Assembly: GCA_964535215.1 (NCBI GenBank)
Contig: CAZHST010000013.1
Span: 7,758-71,757, forward strand
DNA from: an uncultured bacterium
Lineage (GTDB): Bacteria; Methylomirabilota; Methylomirabilia; Methylomirabilales; JACQHM01
Direction: 5' to 3'
Length of the DNA: 64,000 nucleotides
A program made the position numbers and the translations under genes. The notes below the pieces were generated by a model. It ran no database searches, was not told the DNA's origin, and saw only the letters and a list, made by a program, of their open reading frames with translations. Shown here one piece after another: positions 8,935-17,532 of this stretch (its first letter is position 1; each line of letters starts with the position of its first letter).

Positions 8935-9642
8935 TTAGAGGAGATTATATCTGAAGGCAAGGACGAGGGCTTCGAGTTTGGTATGCACCCCAAGCTTTCC
9001 CAGGATCCTCTGGGTGTGATTCCTCGCGGTGGCTGTGCTGATGTGGAGGGCTTCGGCGATCCCCTTGGCGGTTTCACCCCTGGCGATGAGCCTCAAGACC
9101 TCCTGCTCACGAGGGGTCAGGGCCCGAAGCGGGGAAGGAGGGTCTAAAGGGCGGGCCGGTTCCTTCTGAACCAACAAGGTGGCTTGACCGAGGAGGGTAT
9201 GGATCCGTTCCAGGAGCCTCTCCGTCGCCACGTGGTTGGTGACATCTCGGAAGAGGTGGACCATAGTGAACAGGTCCGGAGACATGGATGGAACGACAAT
9301 GACGCTCACATTGATCCAGATCGTCCGGCCTGTCTTGGTTCGGGTCAGGAGGTCGCTCGTCTCGACAGGTTCCCCTTTCTTCGCCGTTTCAAGGAGAGGG
9401 CACCCTGGACCACATAGCCGTTGCCCGGTGCGGCTCCTCCCGCCAAAGATCTCATAGCAGGGCTTCCCGAGCACCTCGCCGGCCTGGTACCCCAGGAGCC
9501 GCTCGGCCGCCTGGTTCCAAAGGATGACCCGCTGGGTCTGGTCAATGGCGAAGGCACCATCGGCAGCCCTCATAAACATCTCCAGAATGGCGGGGAGGCC
9601 ACCTCCGATGCCAGGGGACTTCTCGTTGACGGCCTGACGCAA
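8935..9642 (-). CDS. PAS domain plus LuxR-type HTH transcriptional regulator
   Basis: N-terminal PAS (AFAID...WNQAAERLLGY...GKPCYEIF); C-terminal LTPREQEVLRLIARG...IAEAL.IS..TARNH...ILGKLGV. Confidence 0.88.
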   Translation of the reverse strand: MRQAVNEKSPGIGGGLPAILEMFMRAADGAFAIDQTQRVILWNQAAERLLGYQAGEVLGKPCYEIFGGRSRTGQRLCGPGCPLLETAKKGEPVETSDLLTRTKTGRTIWINVSVIVVPSMSPDLFTMVHLFRDVTNHVATERLLERIHTLLGQATLLVQKEPARPLDPPSPLRALTPREQEVLRLIARGETAKGIAEALHISTATARNHTQRILGKLGVHTKLEALVLAFRYNLL

Positions 9643-9656
9643 GACCTTCTCCTTTC

Positions 9657-10457
9657 CTAGATCCCCCCCCGGCTCAGCCGGACGAGTTTGGCCTCTTTAT
9701 CGAAGAGGGCCGTGGCGGCCAGGAGCATGGTGGCACTGAAGACGGAAAGGGCCATGAGATCTACCAGGACGGGGAGATCCGCTTCCATAGGGGTCAGGGT
9801 GGCATGGGGGAGGAGGACATGCTTGAAGAGGTCGATCCCGTAGGTGAGGGGATTCAGGTACATAGGGATCTGGAGCAGATCCGGGAGCAGCTTCACCGGG
9901 TAGAGGCCCCCGCTTAAGAAGAACATGGGGAAGACAACGAAGTTCATGATGGTGGCGAAGTTCTCCAGGGAGTCGATCCTCGTCGCCATCAGCATCCCCA
10001 GCGAGGCAACGGCGAAGGAGGTGAGAAAGAGGAAGAAGAGGAGCAGGAGGAGCTGGAGGGGGCCAACCGGGAGCCTCAAGAACGGGACGAGGATCAAGAG
10101 GAGGAGGGCCTGGAAGACGGCCAGCAGGGTACCTCCCATGACCTTTCCCAGAACGAGGGTTAGGCGGGAGACGGGGGCGATCAGCATGATCCTGACAACC
10201 CCGAACTCCCGATCGTAGACGGTGGAGAGGGACGAGAGCATGGCGCCGAAGAGGACGACGATCCCCAGGACGCCAGGGAAGAGGAACTGCTGGTAGGAGA
10301 TCCCTCCCTCCCCACCGAGGAGCCGATCGAAGCCAGGACCGACGATGAAGAGCCAGAAGAGGGGGCGGGCGAGGGAGCTCCACAAACGACCCTTTTGGCG
10401 GAAGAACCGCTTGAATTCCCGGAGGACGATTACCGAGAGCGGCTTCAGCTGAAGCAT
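9657..10457 (-). CDS. ABC-2 type transporter permease (PedC/DrrB-like)
   Basis: Multiple hydrophobic segments; YDREFG, FPMFFLSG.LYP and NPLTYGID motifs; ATG 10457 overlaps the upstream TGA. Confidence 0.85.
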   Translation of the reverse strand: MLQLKPLSVIVLREFKRFFRQKGRLWSSLARPLFWLFIVGPGFDRLLGGEGGISYQQFLFPGVLGIVVLFGAMLSSLSTVYDREFGVVRIMLIAPVSRLTLVLGKVMGGTLLAVFQALLLLILVPFLRLPVGPLQLLLLLFFLFLTSFAVASLGMLMATRIDSLENFATIMNFVVFPMFFLSGGLYPVKLLPDLLQIPMYLNPLTYGIDLFKHVLLPHATLTPMEADLPVLVDLMALSVFSATMLLAATALFDKEAKLVRLSRGGI

Positions 10458-10969
10458 CACTGCTGGGCCAGGTCCTTCATCAACGCGTCGATCCCTGCTT
10501 GGCAGGCCTGAGCGTCCTGATCCCCCCGGGCGCCGCTGGCCCCGCACCCTCCAATCACCGTCCCTCCCACGATAATGGGGAGGCCTCCTTCGAGGATCAT
10601 CACCCGGTCGAGGTGCTGGATGCCGTAGGCCCGTCCGTCAGGCCGGGCGATGTCCTGCAGGGCCTTCGTCGGACGCTGGAAGAAAACGGCGGTCGCTGCT
10701 TTCCTGATGGCGACTTCGATGGAGCCGAGGAAGGCGTCGTCCATTCGTTGGAAGTAGACCAAGTTGGCCCCATCGTCCACGATGGCGATGTTCAGCTTCC
10801 AGCCGTTTCTGATCGCCTCCAGTTCAGCGGCAGCGGCTACCTTCTTGGCAGCTTCCAGGGTGAGGGCCTTCTTCTCCCTAAGTTGCGCATGGCCAGGTTG
10901 AGCCAGGGCTAAGGCAAGGGCCAGAACAATACAGCCCCCGACGAACCACCGTAGACCTCTTCTCATCAT
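10457..10969 (-). CDS. GlcG/HbpS family heme-binding protein with a Sec signal peptide
   Basis: IAIVDDGANL...RMD, A..KA.TA and GGLPII.....IGG.GASGA...QD motifs; signal peptide ending AQPGHA. Confidence 0.85.
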   Translation of the reverse strand: MMRRGLRWFVGGCIVLALALALAQPGHAQLREKKALTLEAAKKVAAAAELEAIRNGWKLNIAIVDDGANLVYFQRMDDAFLGSIEVAIRKAATAVFFQRPTKALQDIARPDGRAYGIQHLDRVMILEGGLPIIVGGTVIGGCGASGARGDQDAQACQAGIDALMKDLAQQ

Positions 10970-11006
10970 TCTCCCTCCTTAAGGTTAAGGTTTCACGGTT
11001 CTTGTC

Positions 11007-11921
11007 CTATCGAATCGCCCGCCCCGTTAGGTGGATGAAGACTTCGTTCAGGGAAGGCCGGGTAATGTTGATGGCCAGGATCTTTCCACCAAAGCTGCTT
11101 AAGAGACGGGGGAGGAGGGTCTCGGCGGAGTCCACCTCCAGGAAGAGACCGTCCTGGGTCCGCTTCGTCACCACCGCGAACTGCCTCCGGATTTCATCCT
11201 CCACCCTGGCATCGTCAGTCGTCTTCAGGTGGATGACCTCCCCTTTGATCGTCCGCTTCAGCGTCTCCGGGGTTCCCAGGGCGATGATCCTCCCGTGGTC
11301 GATGATCGCAACCCGGTCGCATCGCTCCGCCTCATCCAGGTAGTGGGTGGTCAGGAAGATGGTCATGTGCTCCTGTTCCCGCAGCCGGTTAATCAGGTCC
11401 CAGATCGCAACCCGGGCCTGCGGGTCTAATCCGAGGGTGGGCTCATCGAGGAAGAGGATCCTCGGGCGGTGGAGGAGACCTCTGGCGAGATCCACACGCC
11501 GTTTCAGGCCTCCCGAGAGGGTCTTGACCAGGGCATCCCTTCGATCCGTTAGCTCCAGAACCTTCAGGGTCTCCCCGATCCGTTCCCGGGCCTCATGGCG
11601 CTTCATGTTGTAGAGGTAACAGGTAAGGAGGAGGTTCTCCTGTACGGTCAGGTCCTTGTCAAGGGTCGTCTCCTGGAAGACAAGGCCGATGGCGTTTCGG
11701 ACATGACGGGCCTCGGTTGTGCAGTCATATCCGTTGACTTTAGCCGATCCGGATGTCGGCTTCAAGAGGGTGCACAGCATATGGATGGTCGTGGTCTTGC
11801 CGGCGCCGTTTGGTCCCAGGAAGCCGAAGAACTCCCCGGCCTTGACCTCAAAGGTCACGCCGTCCACCGCCGTGGTGGCTCCAAAGCGCTTCACCAACCC
11901 TTTAGCCTCGATTGCCAGCAC
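11007..11921 (-). CDS. ABC transporter ATP-binding protein (DrrA/PedB-like)
   Basis: Walker A GPNGAGKT, signature LSGG, Walker B LFLDEPT, and LTTHY. Confidence 0.92.
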   Translation of the reverse strand: MLAIEAKGLVKRFGATTAVDGVTFEVKAGEFFGFLGPNGAGKTTTIHMLCTLLKPTSGSAKVNGYDCTTEARHVRNAIGLVFQETTLDKDLTVQENLLLTCYLYNMKRHEARERIGETLKVLELTDRRDALVKTLSGGLKRRVDLARGLLHRPRILFLDEPTLGLDPQARVAIWDLINRLREQEHMTIFLTTHYLDEAERCDRVAIIDHGRIIALGTPETLKRTIKGEVIHLKTTDDARVEDEIRRQFAVVTKRTQDGLFLEVDSAETLLPRLLSSFGGKILAINITRPSLNEVFIHLTGRAIR

Positions 11922-11989
11922 CGCTTTTCCCCGAGGTGGAGAAGGGGTTGTCTGGAGGTCGTCCGTCCAAGCCCCGCGGGAGGGTTGCC

Positions 11990-13477
11990 CTACAAGAGAC
12001 CGAGGGAGACGAACTTCACCTCGAGGTACTCCTCGATCCCCCAGTGGCCTCCTTCCCGGCCGAGGCCGCTCTGTTTGACACCCCCGAAGGGGGCCTGAAC
12101 GGTTCCGGGGAGGGGATCGTTCACCCCGACGATCCCGTACTCCAGCCGCTCGGCCACCCGGATGGCCCGGGATAGGTCCTTCGTGTAGAAGAAGGCGGCA
12201 AGGCCGGAGGGGAGGGCGTTGGCGAAGGAGAGGACCTCTTCCTCGGTCCTGAACGGGACGATGGGCACCACCGGCCCGAAGGTCTCCTCCTGCATGATCC
12301 GCATCTCGTGGGTGACTTGGGTGAGGACCGTCGGCTCATAGTAGTAGCCCTTCGCAAACTCCCCATCCTCCCGACGCCCTCCGCCGCAGAGGAGCTTGGC
12401 CCCTTTCGAGAGGGCTTCCTCCACATGATGCTTCACCTTCAGGAAGCCCCGCCTATCAATTAACGGCCCGACCTGCACGCTTTCATCCAGAGGATTTCCC
12501 ATCTTGAGCCCGTTCACCAGCTTCACGAAATGACGGGTGAAAGGCTCCACCACCGCCTCATGGACGTAGATCCGGTTGGTGCAGATGCAGGTCTGGCCCG
12601 TATTCCGGAACTTCGACAGCAAAGCTCCTCTGGCGGCTGCCTCGAGATCGGCATCCTCGAAGACGATGAAGGGGGCATGACCACCCAGCTCCAGGGTGAT
12701 CCTTTTCACCTGATCGGCGGCTCCCCGCATGAGAAGCCTCCCGACCTCTACCGACCCGGTGAAGTTCACCTTCCGGACCAAGGGGTTCTCCAGGAACTCC
12801 CGCCCGATCTCCTCCGGCTCAAAGGCCGTGACCAGATTCGCGACCCCGGGTGGCAGCCCAGCCTCTTCCAGAAGCTCGAAGATCGCGATGGCGGAAAGGG
12901 GAGTTTGCTCAGCCGGTTTCACCACCACCGTGCAGCCCGCGGCAAGGGCAGGGGCCAGGGGCCTTGTGATCCCGGCTGAGGGGAAGTTCCAGATGGTGAT
13001 GATGGCGGCCACCCCCACAGGGCGTTTCAGCACGAGGAGACGCTTGCCCGGGGAGGAGGCCGGGATCACCTCGCCATAGACCCTTTTCGCCTCCTCGGCG
13101 AACCATCCGAGGAAATCGGCCGCGTAGAGGATCTCCCCCCGGGCCTCCGTGATTGGTTTGCCCTCCTCAAGGGTGAGGAGTTGGGCCAACTCCTCTTTAT
13201 GGTCCAGCATCAGGTCCCGGGCTTTGAAGAGAATGGTGGCCCGATCTTTGGGGGGGAGGTCGGCCCATGACGGGAACGCCCGTTGAGCGGCCTCGATGGC
13301 CCGGCGGGTCTCCTCCCGACCGGCCCAGGGGACCTGGGCGATCACCTCACCGGTGGCAGGGTTTTCAACCGAGAAGGTCCGACCTGAATCGGCCTCGACC
13401 CATCGGCCCTCAATGAACATCCGCCAGGTTTTGACCTCCCCCTTTGAAACAAGAGCCCGGGCGCTCTCCATCGTCAT
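11990..13477 (-). CDS. NAD(P)-dependent aldehyde dehydrogenase (GabD/SSADH-like)
   Basis: FTGS.EVG, LELGGHAP (catalytic Glu), NTGQTC (catalytic Cys), EETFGP and PFGG.KQSG; start at ATG 13477 (ATGA overlap). Confidence 0.92.
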   Translation of the reverse strand: MTMESARALVSKGEVKTWRMFIEGRWVEADSGRTFSVENPATGEVIAQVPWAGREETRRAIEAAQRAFPSWADLPPKDRATILFKARDLMLDHKEELAQLLTLEEGKPITEARGEILYAADFLGWFAEEAKRVYGEVIPASSPGKRLLVLKRPVGVAAIITIWNFPSAGITRPLAPALAAGCTVVVKPAEQTPLSAIAIFELLEEAGLPPGVANLVTAFEPEEIGREFLENPLVRKVNFTGSVEVGRLLMRGAADQVKRITLELGGHAPFIVFEDADLEAAARGALLSKFRNTGQTCICTNRIYVHEAVVEPFTRHFVKLVNGLKMGNPLDESVQVGPLIDRRGFLKVKHHVEEALSKGAKLLCGGGRREDGEFAKGYYYEPTVLTQVTHEMRIMQEETFGPVVPIVPFRTEEEVLSFANALPSGLAAFFYTKDLSRAIRVAERLEYGIVGVNDPLPGTVQAPFGGVKQSGLGREGGHWGIEEYLEVKFVSLGLL

Positions 13478-13890
13478 GTCCTGTCCTCGGGGCAAGCCTG
13501 GGATTCCAGAAGCCCTTTTAGGAGGGCCAGCTCCTTCCTCACGTTGCCGATCAGGGTTTCGAACTGCCCGGGCGGGGCGCCAGGAGGCTCGAACTGGGTG
13601 AAGGTATAGACGACCCCGTCATCATTTTCCAAGAGCCGGGATGGGGAGGACCGGTACTTCCCTTCTGTCCCGTAGTAGAAATCGATCACACCGGTTTCTT
13701 TGTCGCTTTTCACGAACAGGTCCAGCTCCCCCCGGGGGGTCTGGACCTTGTAGATCTCGCCGGCCCTTGTGGGGGGGGCGAGGGCGAAGTCCACGGTCCA
13801 GAGGTGGAGGTTTTCGGGATTCGCGATGAACTGGAAGGCCTTCTCGAAAGAGGTCCGAATGGAGACACTTAAGGTTTCTGACCGTCGCAC
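13474..13890 (-). CDS. SRPBCC/START-like small ligand-binding protein
   Basis: 138 aa; F.FIANPENL..W motif and a C-terminal helix typical of SRPBCC folds; sits in the operon. Confidence 0.6.
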   Translation of the reverse strand: MRRSETLSVSIRTSFEKAFQFIANPENLHLWTVDFALAPPTRAGEIYKVQTPRGELDLFVKSDKETGVIDFYYGTEGKYRSSPSRLLENDDGVVYTFTQFEPPGAPPGQFETLIGNVRKELALLKGLLESQACPEDRT

Positions 13891-13913
13891 GGGAGCCTCG
13901 ACACTCGTACCAG

Positions 13914-14861
13914 TTACGAAACGAGGGATGTGGTGAAGGTCCCTGAGGGGATATGGTCAACCCCTAGGACCTCCTTCCCACCGACCTTCAGGAGCTCGTC
14001 GAAGAGGCGGTGGATGCCCCTGATGGTCTCCTCATCCCACCCGGTCATGACCATCTCCCGCCACCCATCCCGGATGGCGTGGACCAGCCGGGGGTCAGCC
14101 CCCTCCATCATCTTCTCGCCGAGTTCCTCCCAGATCTGATCGTTCCGCTTCATATACCCGGCCACCTCCCGGAAGGCCCCGATGAAGCCCCGGAGGAGAT
14201 CCGGGCGCTCTTCAACCACTTCCTCCCGGGTGACGAAGGCCGAGATCGGGATCCTCTCTTTTGTCCCGGCCAACTCCTGCACAAGCTCGACCATGTCAAC
14301 GACCTTCCGGTACCGGCCGGTGAACAGGAACACGGGCACATACTGCCAGAAGAGGAGGGCGCCGTCCACCTCGCCTCTCTCCAGGGCATGGTTCAGCCTC
14401 GATTTCGAGAGGGCCTCGACGACGATCGCCTCCTCCTGGGGATCGAAGCGGTAGAGCTTTCGGCAAGCGGCCCGGGTGACTACCCAGTTCTTGTCATGAA
14501 TCCGGACGACGCCGATCCGTTTCCCCCGGATGTCAGGGAGGGTGTGGATCGGGGATCCGTTGGGGACGATGAGACTTCCGATGGTCTGGCCGTACGGAAA
14601 GAAGGACGTGATCGGTAGGCCTTTGGCCCGTTCCCGGGCGATGGAGATCCAGTCAATATCGATGAGATCAGCCTCCCCCTTCTGGAGGGCCAGCTCGACA
14701 GACTCCAAAGCCTGCTGGACCTGATCAACGGCATATTTGATCTCCAGCTTGAATCCGTGCTTTCGATCCACGCCGAGCTTCTGAATCGTGTACATGACGA
14801 AACGAGGGGTCCCTGTCGTCTCGAAGGCCCCCCGCAAGATTGGGAGAGTTTCGCGGCCCAT
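13914..14861 (-). CDS. NMT1/THI5/SsuA-like PBP-fold protein with no signal peptide (paralog 2)
   Basis: Closely parallels 4855-5811 (DIDWISIAR, KNW..TR.ACRKLY.FDPQEE, IP.GTFT); ATG 14861 with SD ggaggagga. Confidence 0.75.
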   Translation of the reverse strand: MGRETLPILRGAFETTGTPRFVMYTIQKLGVDRKHGFKLEIKYAVDQVQQALESVELALQKGEADLIDIDWISIARERAKGLPITSFFPYGQTIGSLIVPNGSPIHTLPDIRGKRIGVVRIHDKNWVVTRAACRKLYRFDPQEEAIVVEALSKSRLNHALERGEVDGALLFWQYVPVFLFTGRYRKVVDMVELVQELAGTKERIPISAFVTREEVVEERPDLLRGFIGAFREVAGYMKRNDQIWEELGEKMMEGADPRLVHAIRDGWREMVMTGWDEETIRGIHRLFDELLKVGGKEVLGVDHIPSGTFTTSLVS

Positions 14862-14895
14862 TCCTCCTCCTTTGAGCACCATGGATCCGGGTTTC

Positions 14896-16530
14896 CTACC
14901 GCTCCTTCGGTTTGAAGGTCACCTCCATCATTGAACCAAGCAGCCTGACCTCGACACTCCCGAGCCATCGCTTGTCCTGGAAAGGATGATCGTCCCGGTA
15001 ATGGGGCCCCCGGCTTTCCTCCCGTGTCAGGGCCGACACCGTGACCGCTTCAGCCACCACGCACATCCCCTGGAGGGTCCGATGGTGGAGCCACTCCTTC
15101 GGGTTCCGGATGGCGCATCCTTCCAGGAAGGATCGGCAGGCCTGGATCTCTTCCTGGGCCTTCCTGAGGGAGGCGCCGGAGCGGAAGAGGCCAACCTGTT
15201 CCCACATGATCCGGCGGAGGTGGGCTTCAACCTCTGGCAGGGAGGCCTCTCCGGGCCGCCGGTGGAACTCCAAGGGCGAAACCGGTGTCGGGATTGACCG
15301 CCTGGTCCTGGCGTAGAGAGCGGCCTCCCGTCCCGCTAAGGCCCCTGAGACCTGGGTGTGGGCGACGGCATTCCCCCCGAAGCGCTTCGCCCCGTGCACG
15401 CCTCCAACGGCCTCGCCGGCGGCGTAGAGACCGGGGATTTCAGTCCTCCCTCTGGTCTTCACCTTGACCCCCCCGGTGAACAGATTGGCCCGGACCCCAA
15501 CCACCAAAAAATCCTTTCGAGGATCGATGCCGTTCCGGAGGAGGGCGTCGAACAAGAAGGGGTACCGGTCCCGCCAAACCTCCATGGGGATAGCTGTGGC
15601 GTCCAGGTAGATCCCCCCGTCAACACCCCGGCCCTCCGCGACCTCTTTCAACAAGAGCCTTGGCATCTCCTCCCGGAACGAGGCCTCCTCCCCGAGAGGG
15701 TTATGCGGGAGGATGAAGCGCTCGCCCAAGACGTTCCTCAAGACCCCACCAAAGCTGAAGAGATCAGGGGGGAGATTCGTTTCCAGAGATTGAGGGCGGA
15801 GGAGGCGACAGGGGTTGAACTCGACGAACTCCATGTCCTTGATGGTTGCCCCAACGTCCAGGGCAAGGGTGTAGGAGTCCCCCGTCAGATCCTGGCTGTT
15901 CGAGGTGACCGCATAGAGCCATCCGGCCCCACCGGTGGCCAGGATCACGGCCCGGGCCGGCAGAAAGACGACCTCGCCTGTTGTGGTATCGAAGCCAAAG
16001 GCCCCCCCTACTTCCCCATCATACCGGAAAAGCTTCACGATGGGGAGGTGATTGATCAGGGTGACCCCCAAACGCCGGGCCTGTTCAGCCAAGGGCCGGG
16101 TCAGGGAAGATCCCCTGACCGAAAACCCGTACCCGGTATAGTCAGGTTCGATCCCTGAGGGGAGGAGGGCCCCATCGCCCCGGCCGAGGAGAAACCCTCC
16201 CTTTTTCCTATGCAACTTCACCCCCAGGGCTTCAAGGGCCAGGATCTCCTTCCCGGCATGGGTCACCAGCTCTTCGACCAGGGCCTCATCGTTCAAAAAC
16301 TTCCCAACGGCCATCGTATCCTTGAAGTGGACCTCCACCGCCTCGGGAGGGTCTGTAGGAAGGGCAGCAATCATGGAGCAGCCAGCGTACATGGTGCTCC
16401 CGCTCCGTCCGGCCTCCTCTTTACAGACCAGGACCACATCGTCCACGAGCTTCTTCGCCTCGATGGCCGCCCGGAGGCCGGCCCCCCCTCCACCAACCAC
16501 GAGGACATCACAGGGTTCAAGGATTCGCAT
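14896..16530 (-). CDS. FAD-dependent oxidoreductase, SdhA/FrdA/NadB flavoprotein superfamily (stand-alone)
   Basis: VVGGGGAGLRAA, VILATGG, TGD, GLYAAGE..GGVHGA.R.GGN and A..REESRG.HYR.D.P motifs. Confidence 0.85.
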   Translation of the reverse strand: MRILEPCDVLVVGGGGAGLRAAIEAKKLVDDVVLVCKEEAGRSGSTMYAGCSMIAALPTDPPEAVEVHFKDTMAVGKFLNDEALVEELVTHAGKEILALEALGVKLHRKKGGFLLGRGDGALLPSGIEPDYTGYGFSVRGSSLTRPLAEQARRLGVTLINHLPIVKLFRYDGEVGGAFGFDTTTGEVVFLPARAVILATGGAGWLYAVTSNSQDLTGDSYTLALDVGATIKDMEFVEFNPCRLLRPQSLETNLPPDLFSFGGVLRNVLGERFILPHNPLGEEASFREEMPRLLLKEVAEGRGVDGGIYLDATAIPMEVWRDRYPFLFDALLRNGIDPRKDFLVVGVRANLFTGGVKVKTRGRTEIPGLYAAGEAVGGVHGAKRFGGNAVAHTQVSGALAGREAALYARTRRSIPTPVSPLEFHRRPGEASLPEVEAHLRRIMWEQVGLFRSGASLRKAQEEIQACRSFLEGCAIRNPKEWLHHRTLQGMCVVAEAVTVSALTREESRGPHYRDDHPFQDKRWLGSVEVRLLGSMMEVTFKPKER

Positions 16531-16549
16531 CGAACATCCAACAGGAAGG

Positions 16550-17512
16550 TCAGTCGAGGGTATTCGGGGCAAACAGTTCTTCAGGGACAAGCTTCTTTTC
16601 GATCAGATGCTGCTCGTAGAGATACTGGAGATAGGTTTCAAGGACGTGGCGATTGGCCTTCAGGCCGTAAGGCCAAAAGTCCTGCCCCATCTCCTTCCAG
16701 AGGTCGTCCATGTAGTAATCCAGCCACGGGACGGTATATTTCAGAGCTTCCATCGTCTCCTTGAGATCCTGGTAACAGACCTCTTTCGCCTTGACGAAGG
16801 CCCGGTAGAGGCTGCTAGCCACCCATGGATGCTGTTCGTAAACCGATTCCTTAATGACAACCATGTGCAGGATCGGAAAGATCCCTGTCCGCTTGTAATA
16901 CTCCGCCTCAACGGCTTTCGGGTTGGCGAAAAGCCGTTTCACGGAGGGGTGCTGGTTTCTGAACTTGGGCGGGACCCGGGGGGCGATCAGGGCATCAATC
17001 TCCCCGTCCTCCAACCGGTCAGGCAGCATCTTCCCCGGAGGGAAGAGGGTGACCCTTATCTCCTTGGGGAGGTCGAGGCCGACCTCGGCCCGCGCCGTGT
17101 ACCACTCGATGGTGGTCAAATCGACGCCATAGTCCTGCTTGAGGATCCCCCTAGCCCACACGGCGATGGACATCTGGTACTGGCCGGAGGCAACCCGCTT
17201 CCCCTCCAGGTCTTTTGGTTTCTCGATCCCAGCCTTCGTGTTGACGAAGATGCCCCCATGAGGAAAGGCCCTGGCCAGGAAGACAGGGATGGCGATGTAA
17301 GGAGCCTCCCCCCTGGCCCGGAGCATGGTGTAGGTTGCCAGGGTCATCTCTGAGGCGTCGAATTCCTGAAAGCGGACCATAGGCCACACCGAGTCATCGG
17401 GCGTATACGGCAGGATGTTTAGGTCAATGCCGGCCGGTTCGACGACCTTGAGCATCAGGGGTTTGACCCGGTCATAGTCCAAGCAGGCCAGGGTCAGCGG
17501 GAGTTTCGCCAT
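16550..17512 (-). CDS. 4,5-dihydroxyphthalate decarboxylase-like PBP-fold protein
   Basis: MAKLPLTLACLDYDR N-terminus; FDASEM, AIPVF..RAF.H and YY..TGIFPI.H.VVI motifs; no signal peptide. Confidence 0.75.
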   Translation of the reverse strand: MAKLPLTLACLDYDRVKPLMLKVVEPAGIDLNILPYTPDDSVWPMVRFQEFDASEMTLATYTMLRARGEAPYIAIPVFLARAFPHGGIFVNTKAGIEKPKDLEGKRVASGQYQMSIAVWARGILKQDYGVDLTTIEWYTARAEVGLDLPKEIRVTLFPPGKMLPDRLEDGEIDALIAPRVPPKFRNQHPSVKRLFANPKAVEAEYYKRTGIFPILHMVVIKESVYEQHPWVASSLYRAFVKAKEVCYQDLKETMEALKYTVPWLDYYMDDLWKEMGQDFWPYGLKANRHVLETYLQYLYEQHLIEKKLVPEELFAPNTLD

Positions 17513-17532
17513 GGATCTTCTCCTCCTAACCG

